From assembly GCF_037042905.1 (NCBI RefSeq), contig NC_087252.1, forward strand, positions 14,696,001-14,760,000: 64,000 nt of DNA. The letters are read 5' to 3'. The translations under genes were made by a program, and so were the position numbers. This document shows positions 12,401 to 24,543 of this stretch, one piece after another; positions within the stretch are counted from its first letter, which is position 1, and each line of letters opens with the position of its first letter. The notes beneath the pieces were generated by a model. It did no database searches. It was given only the letters and a program-made list of their open reading frames with translations, and was not told the origin of the DNA. Source of the DNA: Lytechinus pictus (Eukaryota).

Positions 12401-13142
12401 CAAATGTCATCATTAAAAATCGCAGATGATTCTCTTTATATTTCCTTGTTTATTAATCTTTTCATTAGTTGTTTATCTTCATTTATACTCACAATTGAGC
12501 AGCATTCATTTTATTACCAATACATTTGTAAAAAAATAGTAATACATTAATAACTTTTGCCTGAAAACCACAACATGACAAGATGGACATGAAATCCTCT
12601 AGTATAACCATTATGCTTATCATAGTGAAATAACTGAACACAAATTGTATTGTGTTGACAAAGACCTGGATCTGTATATTTATTTCTAACTTCAGGTGTT
12701 TTATTATTAATTTTAATGTACTATCTATTCTCATGATAAGTACAGAGATTCAATTGTTTATCTCTCGGACTTCTTGTATTATTGTAAGCAAATTAATATC
12801 ATATTTCTATTACCCCCTTCACCAATAATGAAAATAAATAAATAAATAAACGTCTATTATTATGCTCGCCCCATCTGAAATATGGAATAAGGAAGTAAAA
12901 CAAACCACTTCCAATAAACATGATAAATTCTGGTTCCAACTGGTCTGAAAGAAATTCCCCTTATATTAATGACGTTGCAACTACTGTTACCCTCTTTGAT
13001 TGGATGTAAAGTGAATCACATTTTCAGGCAATCATACAACTCACTGTACACACACACACACATCCAGAGCTGCAGCGGAGCTGGAGCTGGCGGTGCGAAT
13101 TCCATTGCTGCATACCTTTGTCATTCTAACGTGGGCGTTCTA

Positions 13143-14128
13143 CAGTGCGTATCAAAAAAAAAGTTTACACGTTGAAAAAGCCATGGGAATTAACAAATAT
13201 ACTACATGTGGGTAATTTTTTCACATATAATTATGGGTTTGGGTCTTATCTATCCAATGAAAGTAAAAATTTTGACAGAATGTTACACTTGAGTGAGCAC
13301 TGTCCATTTTTGTAAAGCTCGCAGAAATCTGTTTGCGCAGAAATGCTTGTTTTCACGCTGTGTCAAGGGGAAAGGGCGAAATCAAACTTACCCTGCGAAG
13401 CATTTCTCATAAATTTCCCTAGCACTTTCAGCCAATTGACATAAAACAGACACATTCAAACATTTTGTAACAATTTTGCCGCCCAAATCTGAAATTTCAA
13501 CACTTAGTAAGCACAACCTTCACCCTTTTTGTGTCAGCTGGATCTGAGGACATAACTGAATCTGAACAAAAGTTTATATCAGACATCTCCAGCATTTTTC
13601 ACTAAGTTTTTATCATTTAAAGTTGGTTTACATTTCATTTTTCATTTAATACTTGTTTCTCCACACTTTTCCCAAGCTTGGCAATGATTAACAAAATGAA
13701 AATCAAGCCTAAGCCATTTCATGTAAATCACAGCTCAGTGTAAAGCAAATATCGTCACGATGGACTCGGTGTGTGGGGGAGTGGGGTGGGCGCAATGCAC
13801 TCTTCGGAGTGTTTGGGCAAGGAAACAAGTTTAAAAAGGTAAAAAATATCTTCAAATCAATTTTACTAACTAATTTCCACGTTTTCTTCATGATTAAGGT
13901 CTACTTTTATTCGCATAACTATTTCAAAGTTCTGCGCAAATCATTTTTCACCAACTTTTCAAAAGTAAGTGGTGCTCACTCAAGCGGAAATATTTTTCGA
14001 CAGTTATATCGTCATTTGCTTAAATGGATCAGTACCAATGCTAAAATGTGGAAAAATCGTCAGGATATTACAAACATATAATTTTACAGGATTTTTTTTA
14101 AGTGTAAACTTTTTTTTGATACGCACTG
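13143..14128. mobile_element. Tc1/mariner-like non-autonomous element
   Basis: TA-CAGTGCGTATCAAAAAAAAAGTTTACAC...GTGTAAACTTTTTTTTGATACGCACTG-TA. Absent at the homologous sites ~35059 and ~57777. Confidence 0.92.
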
Positions 14129-14837
14129 TATAGAGTGAACGTAAATTCAATGGTTATTTACTTTATCATCACATTGATCATGATAGAGAAATATTTCTGG
14201 TTTTCTTATCGATGAATTTGATGGAGAGCTTCTAACAATCATCTTCGGAGGACTACTGTTGGAAAAAGGTCTATTTTCCCGTTTTACAAACTAAACGAAA
14301 TTAAGCGTTTCTAATTTGTTATGGAATCGAGTTTCGGTTGATTGTAACGCTTTCTGCGATTGGATCCAGAAAGGGATTTTAACAAGGAAGCTTTAGATTT
14401 CAGGTTTTATATCAAACTGCTATGCATTTGCGAAGAACAGCTAGTCCTTGAACTGCAAATTTCAAACTGTGTGTTGTTTGATCGATGATGCTGTTACGTA
14501 TACATGTCGGGTATTGGAGTAGAAGAGGTCAAAGGACCGATTTAAATACTTTCATCTTATGTGACGATCAGATGTAGTGAAATTATTTCTCACTCATATT
14601 TGTGATTTACGGATTGGGAATTATTTTATTCGATGTTACTTTGAATCCTGCGGTTAGTTTTTCTGTTTTGAATTTAAAAAATCAAAACATCGCAAGGTTT
14701 TACGAGACAACATCCAAGGTATCACGAAGCTTCTTGCTTGCGTTTGATCAATCATGAACAAAGTTGGATGGAATGTTGGTGCATCTGTGCATGATGTATT
14801 AAAGATCAACTCAGTTTTCAACATGTGAGTAGAAACC

Positions 14838-15358
14838 CCGGGGGGGGGGCACTCAGTATATAATGCTAGTGGGTATGTGCCGCGGAGAGGACCCCCATTT
14901 TTACCACTCAAATTTCCGTTCCAATTAAGGCATAGCATTTTTGTCTATTGAGAAAAAGAACAAAGAAAGCCGCTCCAAAGCATAGCATTTTCTTCTTATC
15001 GAGAAAAAAGAAGAAAGAAAAGCTTCGCATATTTTTCGTTACGCCCTTCCGGTCGCATTGATTTGCTATAATGAGCTGCACTGAATTTTGGTGAAAAGCG
15101 GCCGCAGAGCACTGTCGCCTCTGCGCGAGCGCACCCGGCGGCCAGCTGAATCATACACGCATGCCCGTTCCACAAGGATGCATACGCACTCACACGCTGG
15201 CGATCCATTCCAAGGACCCCCGTTTTCACAAACATTTGTAGTTCCAAAACCCGTTCCGAGGACCCTCCTTTTTACAATTAAATAAGCCCGCTCCAAGGCC
15301 CCCGTTTTTTGTCTCGCCCGCGGCACACGTACCCCGGTCGAGTGCCCCCCCCCCCGGG
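14838..15358. mobile_element. Second CCCGGGGGG-terminus DNA transposon
   Basis: CCCGGGGGGGGGGCACTC...GAGTGCCCCCCCCCCGGG with GTAGAAAC duplicated in the flanks. Absent in B (~36160) and C (~58462). Confidence 0.85.
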
Positions 15359-16641
15359 AAGGGTAGAAACTGCTAGGGGGTGATTCCATACGTGTCGTAC
15401 GGGACATTTTGACAACAATTTCTAGTTTCTTAGCCGAATGCTTGAGCAATAAAATATTCTTTTTGTGTCAATGATAAAGCTATAGTGGGTAGTCATGTGA
15501 AAAACTAAACCAACACACACAAAAAATGATTATGGGTAAATAATAGGTGAAAATGTTGTACGGGACGCAGAAATGTCCCGTACGACACGCAACATTTTCA
15601 GCTCTAATTCACCTATGGACAACAATACAACATAGCGTGTTGTATTTTGTTTTCTTCTTGTGAACGAACGTGTTTTTTATATCAATAATTTTGATTTCTT
15701 TCCTCCCCCGTAGCTGTTCCTTGTATGTAAATTATGCTTGGTAGATAGTAGGCCCTATACTTTGATATAACTGTAATGTATATCACGAGTTATTACTTTT
15801 TTTAATGTTTGTTATTTAACATTTTAATTATTGTGCTTGTTGTAGAAGTATATGCCTAGCCATTAGCCATAGATCATATATAGATAAATTATAAAATTAT
15901 ATGATTATAAAATCATCATGAGAAGGACCTTTACTAATAATTATCTCAAAAAACTATACTCTCTTTATGATCATGTTCGTATCCCTTTAAGTTGCTATAG
16001 AAACTGGAGAAACTCGATACTGTACAAACCTATTGGAAGTTTTAATGTATCATACTTATTAATGTATTTGATTTAGACTGGATAACATTTTTGCCAACAC
16101 TTCTTTACCATCCCCTCTTTCGGTCTTATACCCCACTGCTTCCTGACTCATGCCCACCAATACAAGTCAAGACTCTTGGCAATTACCTTTGATAAGAATG
16201 GTATTTATTGTAAAATTCCAAGATTTAAATCTCGGGTTAACCCCCAAATGACACAATAAAGTTGATGCAGTGGGACAGGTTCTATTCCTGTGAGATTCCG
16301 ATCATATCAATATCGATCAAGAAGAATCTTCATTGGTGTCCAGTCATAATCATTATTGTGTTGAATATAGTCATTATATACAATCATTATAAATGTCATG
16401 GATTATTAAGTGTCCCTATATGGGTGAGGGGGATATACCATGTTTATCACAGATCTTTTCACAATAATATCTGTGTAATTTTGACCGTAGACGTATAGGT
16501 AACTACACGGTTTCATTTCTTATTCGGAAACCTAACTAATATTATGTAAATTAAATTCCATTTTGGATGCAATAATAGAGGACGGCATGACTTGTCATTA
16601 AACATTATCATTGCGCCAAGGGTCATTAAGGTAAGACTTAA

Positions 16642-17242
16642 AGAACAAGTCCACCCCAACAAAAACTTGATTTGAATACAAAGAGAAAAATTCAACAAGC
16701 ATAACACAGAAAATTTCATCAAAATCGGATATAAAATAAGAAAGTTATGGCATTTTAAAGTTTCGCTCCATTTCACAAAACAATTATATGCACAACTCGG
16801 TCGGTATGCAAATGAGGAACTGATGACATCACTTACTCACTATTTCTTTTGTATTTTATTATATGAAATCTGAAATATTTTTATTTTCTCGTTATTATCA
16901 TGTGAAATGAAGTTTCATCCCCCCCTGAACACGTGGAATTCCATTATTTTAACATTTTGTGCTTCAGGCAAGGTCACCTAATCGTCAAATTCGTAAAAAT
17001 TGAAATATTGTATAATTCAAACAATCAAAAACAAAAGAAATAGTGAGTGAGTGACATCATCGACTCTCTCATGATGTAACTGGCTCGTTCATATAACTAT
17101 TTTGTTAAAAATAAGCGAAACTTTGAAGTGTCATCATAACTTTTTTATTTTACATCCGATTTTGATGAAATTTTCAGCATTGTGCTTGTCTGATTTTTCT
17201 CTATTGATTCAAATCAACATTTTTCTGAGGTGGACTTGACCT
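16642..17242. mobile_element. Kolobok-like MITE nested in the 3' LTR
   Basis: TTAA-AGAACAAGTCCACC...GGTGGACTTGACCT-TTAA. The other LTR has a single TTAA at this point. Confidence 0.92.
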
Positions 17243-19106
17243 TTAAGTAAATAAGCTAGACAGCTTTGAGGTTACGTGTGAATGTCTTTAATGACCATGG
17301 CCAAGAGACCAACACTAGTTGGCGCGCTTACAATTTGCGGTTGCAACATCGAATCATCATAATACTAATACAACATACTGACGTGACTGCCTTTTACTTT
17401 TCTCTCCTCTTTTACAATAAAATCTGTATAACAAAATCATGATGATTCGTAACTAGCTCACTATTAAATAAAAAGGGTTAGACCTCCGTTGGTGTAAAAC
17501 TCTAATAAATCTAGACACCAATGTATCATAACGAGTTAAATATTAAACTAATATATCAATACAACAAAGGTCACAATTCAAATAACATCAAATGGCATCA
17601 CCACTTCCCATCTCCCTCCATCATCAAGAAATGGGAAAACCACATTTGTGGGCTTAAAAAGGTGTAAACAACAAATCATTATCCCTATCTAGAGGCATCA
17701 AATTATCAGAAGCAAAAAGTCGTCCCACTCTACTCCAAAATACAAGGCTCAATTAATGCTATGCACTAAAAACCAATTCCTGACACAAATTAAACAACCA
17801 TAAACTCGCATGAAAAAGATGCATATGGGCAAATGGTTCAAATAACGAAAAGAAACCAATGATCTCTCAGTGCAAAGTATCCGCGTAACAAATAGACTAA
17901 ACACAGTTTGACAGCCTCATCCTAAATAGCAAATATCTGTGTATCATAAAACAGAATGGCACAAAAGGTACTGAATCACGAGCAGGTCCATACCATTCCA
18001 ATGAAATCACAAAATACTTGCAAAAAGGGAAATGGAAAAAAGACAAAAAACAGCCACGTACCAAAAACTTATGACTGTTTAACTACACGAAGTTGACACG
18101 CGGACTCAATATCACTTGGCATAATGCATGATATACATGAACATACAATGATTGAAAACAAGGGCATATACATCATTATTCAAAGCACAATAATTCTAAT
18201 TAATATCAGAACAAAACAGAAATCATTTTCCTAGCATCACAGTAGGCATATATTAAAGGATGGTAAATATTAGATAAACATTACCAGTATGACATCATAA
18301 AAACATACCACATCCATAAAATCAACAACACTCATAACTGGCAAAATCGCTCACCCAAAATACATCACAAAAATTTATGACAAACATCATGAAACTGTTT
18401 ATAGTGATCAACCAAAATCACATATCAAAATGCAATCCAAAATGCAATGTAACAAAAAAATACCTGCAAAGGAATATAATGAAACATCCCAACATAAAAT
18501 CACAATCAAAATCACAATCAATAATATAAACAAGGCACGTTAAAGCATGTCAATTGAAGCAAAATATACCTGCAAATAAACATAAAACAAATCATCATGG
18601 AAATTGGTATATAAAATCAATTAGGCATCGGTTAATAAATAACTCAAAGGACATATCCTAATCAAGCGATGAAACTCCTGTTTTAGTCCGTTCCTCATAA
18701 TCATATGGAAAAATTGAAAGTCCAATCATAATAGAAACATTCACATCTGCAATGGTCACTATCCAACACATGACTCCGTCAATTCTTGGGAAGGCTAGCC
18801 GAGCGGAAATGGACTAAAGTAACAAGTCTCTGTACCGTCGATATTCAGGCGAAGATGGCCTAAACCGCGAAGCTCTTCCACTAGGGTAGACAGACCAACA
18901 GGACCATGCCCTGGGTTAGCATGGGGCCAGTCTGGCGGACGAGTGCACAGATCAACAGGGCCAAGCTCTAAGGCAGCAAGGGGCTGATCTGGAGGGCGAG
19001 TATGGCGAGCGACATCAGTCCAGATGGAATGAACATGCTTATTAGCGATTGAGATGCTAGCCGAGTACGGACATTCAGGTGAAGGTGACGCTAGCAGGGT
19101 GATCGA

Positions 19107-19952
19107 CTAAAAGTTCTGCAAAATCAACCCATCCACGACAAATGGTACCCGTGCCAGATAGATAGCTTGCGAAGTAGAGCTACTGCTGCTGACATTAGCC
19201 GGGCACAGAGGCATAGCGGTTACGCCGGTGTTTGCCCGGTAGCGGTTACTCACGTTGAATGGTAACACCGAATCGGCCGATGGTGTAACGGACACGCTAT
19301 CAACACTTCTGGGAGTGTCAAACCTTTGATCAAGAGGCAGCATGGTACCTCCACGGTCAACGACACGGTTGCTACCAATGCAGCGATCCAGTAGCATATC
19401 AGGCGACATGTTCGGCAAAGTCAGGTTAGGCAATACCGTCACGTCAGACAAAGTTGTCACATCGGGCAAAGTCAAGATAGGCGTAACTGTCACATCAGAC
19501 AGAGTCAAGGTAGGCGAAACTGTCACATCCGGCAAAATCAAGTTAGACAAAAATGTCACATCAGACAAAGAGTGAGAACAATACTTCCGACTACGATCAA
19601 AATCAAGGGACTCTGTGACACTGTAGATCATGTTGGATTGGCAACAATCACAAAGTAACAAAGACTGAAAATCATCAGCAGAAAGTGGAGAGCAACCCAA
19701 TCCACTCGGAGTAGGAGAGGCAACATTGCCATGCCAACAATCAATGCAATGAAGTGAAGAAGTTCTTAAATCACTCAAACGTGAAACTGGAGGAGAACAC
19801 GAACTGCTTTCATAAGCGTCTTTAACTGTACACTCTTGGAACAATGAAGGCTCACTGGCCTTGATATCATGACCAGCAATTACTTCACTGATATTCAACA
19901 CTATGTCATTTTTCCTTGTTTCATTTGCACCTGTTATGTGATCAATAGGCAC
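19107..19952 (-). pseudogene. Internal ORF of the LTR element, low complexity, no recognised domain
   Basis: 281-aa frame with ~11-aa TL(S/P)DVT repeats. No RT, RNase H or integrase motifs seen. Confidence 0.35.
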
Positions 19953-20523
19953 ATCATTTCAATTAGCTTTATTAACCACGCCAACATAGGCTTCATATCC
20001 ATTTTCCTTCTTACATTGTTTTACATCACCTTGGTCACTTTCATAAACCAAACCATCACAAGCTGCATACTCAACCTCTTATTTCCATCCTTTCATGTCA
20101 GCACTGTTTGTTACATTCACCTCATCATCACAAGTCATGTATCCATCATCTGCATTACATTGTTTCACATCAACTATGTTAGAGTCATGACCTCCACCAT
20201 CACTACTCTCATAACCATCATCTACAATTTATGGTTTCATTTCACCTTTGTTAGTTTCATGAGCCTCACCATCACTAGTCTCAACTCTTCGGTCTTCATT
20301 CCGAGATTTACAATTATTACTTTTAGATTCATTCATCTCACTATTACTTGTCTCATATCCAATATCTTCTTTGTGTACGTTAGTGTTTACTGGTGTGACC
20401 GTGATCCCTAATGTAACATGATTACTAATTCCATGACTATTTTTCATTTTACTCTCATTCTTCTCACGTTCCCGATCAATGAGAGTGTGCGTTGTAATTG
20501 AATGTATGCCAGCGAGATCAACA

Positions 20524-21096
20524 TCACGAAAACATGGCAGAGCCGCTTGAGATAACGAAGCATAGCAAAGAGTAGCACTGCATGTCTCCAAATATGATCA
20601 ACTGCTTGGAGGGGCGAACCGAAATATCGTTCTGCTTCATAAATGGAGCCCCAGCAACAATACTGCGAGAACCACACAAGTAGTCATCATGGACTACCAC
20701 ACCATCAAACCAAAGTTCACAACCATCATAGAATAATGTGAACTGAGTCACACCCACAATGTGCGTCTGATCGACGAGACTAACAATGGACACATCATCA
20801 ACAAAGTAATCATCAAAACCAAAATCATCAACAAGAATCTCGACACCAATATCATCTGCTACAGATTCAGTGATTAAATTGAGCTGTGATCCGCTCTTCA
20901 ATTCCACATTAATCCGCGAATTATCAATTGTGCGGGCACAAAAACAAGGTTTATTTAATATCTGCCTGCTAGCAGAAAACTGGCACAACCCTGATGGTTG
21001 CGACGACCTGCTAGCCGAACGCCAGCTCGACGCATCGTGAACGGCTGCCGCGGCGGTCAACGCGGCCCTGGCCATGGTATATGTGGGACTACACAA
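20524..21096 (-). pseudogene. Degenerate gag/aspartic protease remnant of the LTR element
   Basis: LKSGSQLNLI matches the retropepsin LDSGAxxNLI motif with D replaced by K. The C-terminal IVAGAPFMKQNDISVRP..IIFG fits a Gypsy protease. It lies just downstream of the PBS. Confidence 0.7.
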
Positions 21097-22289
21097 ATTT
21101 ATCTTCCGACTTTGGGAAGTAACCCAACCTCTCGTCTACCACCGATACTATAAAACACGGCGTGCCTATAGCCCCAATTTACAGGGTGAAATTAACTTAG
21201 GAAGGCTTATTTATATTCGATGGGTGGATAGAATCCAGCTGCCACCACGCCAGGGGTTAATAAGGTAAGACTTAAGTAAATAAACTAGACAACTTTGAGG
21301 TTACTTGTGACTGTCTTTAATGACCATGGCCAAGAGACCAACACTAGATGGCGCGCTTACTATTTGCGGTTGCAACATCGAAACATCATAATACTAATAC
21401 AACATACTGGCGTTGATGTTTTCAGATTTTTGACTTGGTAAGAAATTGAGGAAGATACCTAATTTGCTATTATAATGACGTATGTGTAATCATATTTTGA
21501 AATTATCCTTGGGGAAACTGGGCTCAAACTTCAATTCTAGATCCAAAACAATCTTGATTCCTCATACATTTTAAAAGAATAATTTTTTTAATAAAACTTC
21601 CATTTTAGCAAGTCAGTTATGATTAAGATACTAAGCTTTACCTAATTTTCTTTTATTTTTCACACGATATAACCCTCGGATTTCTTACTGGCCTTTCTAT
21701 AGCTTTCACATGCCACTCCTGATTCCGAGTTTCAGATCATACCCTTTCACTTCCCCCTCTCCTATTCTCACCGTCTCTCTCTCCCCTCTCTCTTTCCCCC
21801 TCTCTCCCCCGATCCGCTCTCTCCCTCCCCTCCCTGTCACCTTCTCTTATCCCTCTCCGAGTCTAACGGCTAAACCGATAGTTTCATCTCTATTTTTATA
21901 TTCTATCTTGTAATATTACATTGTATGAGATTTGTTTGTATTAAAATTTATATTACTTTGATTTTAGTTTTGTAACTAAGATATCAGTTATATGAGCTCA
22001 TAAAACTTTTTAATACAAGTACATGGGTACACGTGTGTCGCTTAAAGCCATGTAGGAAACTATAACAAATTTGTCAATTTGCAAATACCGCCTGCAGAAA
22101 AAAAGGAAACTATAAGATGGGATGAAGAAGAGAAAGGAGAGAAAAAGGAAATAAAAAGCACGACAGTCGAAATATGAGAGAGAGAAAGTGTGATAGGAAG
22201 GGAGAGAGGGGGAGAAAATACAGTTTTATTATTTTGCCATTTCCTGTCGCTTTCTTTCTATAACAAATAGTTGCTAGATTATTACAATT

Positions 22290-22897
22290 TCAGAAGAAGG
22301 AGGAAGAGGAGGGAAAAAGACGAAGAAGAAGATGAAGAAGAAAAGGAAGAAGAAGGAAAAGGAAGATTAGAAGAGGAAGACGAAGTAAACCGTCATGAAT
22401 ATCATTTCACTACCACCGTCATTATCACAAATGTTATCACCATCATCATTATTGATGTCATCATCATCATTATCTTTATTGTCATCAGAGTCATCCCCAA
22501 CATCATTTTCATCACAACCATTCTTATCTCCGTTAATCTTAATGATCTACATTTTCATCTCAATCATCTTTAGCATCATCATTGTAATCATCGTAGACAT
22601 CATCATCGTCATCACCACGCTCATCATCGTCATCATCACCATCATCATCGTCATCACCACCCTCATCACCACCATCATTATCATCATCTAATAACTATTA
22701 TCATCACCACCATCATCGTCATCATCACCATCATCATCGTCATCACCACCCTTATCACCACCATCATTATCATCATCTTAACTATTATTATCATCACTAT
22801 CATCTTAAAAATCATCATAATCATCACCATCACCACCCTCATCATCATCGTCATCACCACCCTCATCATCATCATCATCACTTTCATCATCATCATT
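22290..22897. repeat. GAA-rich tract followed by degenerate (ATC/ACC)n microsatellite (also ~37793-37925, ~62395-63040, ~63300-63660)
   Basis: Directly visible. It explains the poly-I/M/H/D/S ORFs in the track. Confidence 0.95.
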
Positions 22898-22905
22898 AAT
22901 GTTGT

Positions 22906-23200
22906 GGAGCGTTGTGGCCCAGTGGATTAGTCTTCTGACTTTGAAACAGAGGGTCGTGGGTTCGAATCCCATGCAGCCATGGCGTAATTTCCTTCAGCAA
23001 GAACCTCATCCACATTGTGCTGCACCTAACCCAGGTGAGGTGAATGGGTACCCAGTAGGAAGAAATGTTTTGAATGCTTGAGCGTCTTGGCAGCTCAGCT
23101 AAAGCCGGGGTAATAATATTAGCAGGGCCCGCTGGTAGAACAGTTTTCGAAACTGAAGTGGCTACCCTAGGTAAATATACCTATATTATTATTATTATTA
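22906..23200 (+). mobile_element. tRNA-derived SINE (copies at ~37933-38225 and ~63049-63305)
   Basis: GGAGCGTTGTGGCCCAGTGG (A box), GGTTCGAATCCC (B box), ACCCAGGTGAGGTGAATGGGTACC core (Meta-domain-like, from memory), (ATT)n tail. Confidence 0.88.
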
Positions 23201-24543
23201 TCATCATCATCATCATCACCACCACCACCACCACCACCACTTTCATCATCGCCGTCATCATTATCTTATTTCTGGTTGCCAACAACGATTAAGCTCGACT
23301 ACCAATATTTGATATCCAAACATAACCCAATACAAACGACAGCTGTCAGGGCATTTAGCATAATAATTTAGTAAAGCATTGTTTTATAATTTCACATGCA
23401 ATGCACAAGAGGAGTGAATATATAATCATTTTGTATTTATTGATCACTAGAGATTATTTTATTGCTTTGATTATGTAAGTCATTGTTATACAGTTATCAG
23501 TCGCGACAACAAATCATGACAATGAAAATCAGTATTGGGATAATTACCATATACACAAGATTAAACCTAAATCAATTTAATTTCATTTCACATCGATTCC
23601 ATTTCATTTATTTCTACAATAACAGCAAAATGAATTTCGCACCTCAAAATTATTATAAAAAAATACACTTTACATTGCTTATGAAATACAACAATTCAAT
23701 ACACATATCAAAGCAGTTGAATAATTATTAACAAACTAATTTGAGTAATTTGACAACTGTATTGGGGAGGAAAACTGCCCCCCTGCACATAATTATCATG
23801 TGAATCGGAATCATATCAATTGGTATCACATCAATCGAACACCGGCGAAAATCCCTTGTGGGGGGGGGGGGGGTAAATTATTAATACGACCAAGATATAT
23901 TCATTATTAATATATATTTTTTATGTCATTACAGATAGGAGTAATAGAAGCAGAGTATACCCTGTTAGGCAAGTTACCTTCTGAAAATCGAAGGAAAAAG
24001 CTGAATGAGTTCAATGAAAGAAATTTCGATTACCACATAATTTAGTACTCTAAAAGCAAAGTGTATATTTAGGTACAACGGTCTCATATTTTTTTTCTTT
24101 TTTTAGATGATGGAGTTTGCGCTTGTTATTGCTCTCTTTGCCAAGCAGTTCATAAATGCATTTGTTTCTTTTCTGGGTCCACATTATCATACACACTATG
24201 CTGTTTTGCGAATTCCCGTATTTCATCAGATATTACATCTAAATAAAGTAAATATCCAAGGTGTGTGATTATTGAAGTTATTCATAAACGAACGAGAAAT
24301 ATATATTACTAAATTCATCTTGTTCTCAGTCTGAAATGCAAACAAACACATTTTATCACTTTGTATATATTCTGTTAGAAATTATATTTTTTTGTTTTTT
24401 TTTATGGTCAATCGCAGCATAGGAAGATTATAGTAAAATATTTTAGGCACCTGTTTCAGAATATTGTGGATTGTCTAACCATTCAACCTACCCCTCTCCT
24501 GCCCCCCCCCCCTTCTCTCCCAACTAAAGAATATGATCCGTGA

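Larger units (their letters stand above)
16614..21412 (-). mobile_element. Non-autonomous Gypsy-like LTR retrotransposon
   Basis: 165-bp direct repeats at 21248-21412 and 16614-17383 (the latter split by a MITE). PBS TGGTGGCAGCTGG (tRNA-Leu-like) directly after the 5' LTR and a purine tract at ~17388-17413. Empty site CATTGATG in B (~37237) and C (~61443). Confidence 0.88.

Noticed and set aside
16070..16345. Coding-looking minus-strand stretch with a TGA shared by all three units (possible selenocysteine)
   Set aside because: The frames are not preserved between units (indels and extra stops), the acceptor is weak, and I saw no SECIS.
22906..22980. tRNA gene
   Set aside because: A and B boxes are present but the acceptor stem does not close, and the sequence continues into a SINE core and tail.
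22271..23292. Poly-Ile/Met/His/Asp/Glu ORFs here and at 12174-12416, 56724-57042 and 62375-63770
   Set aside because: They are translations of trinucleotide microsatellites and SINE tails.
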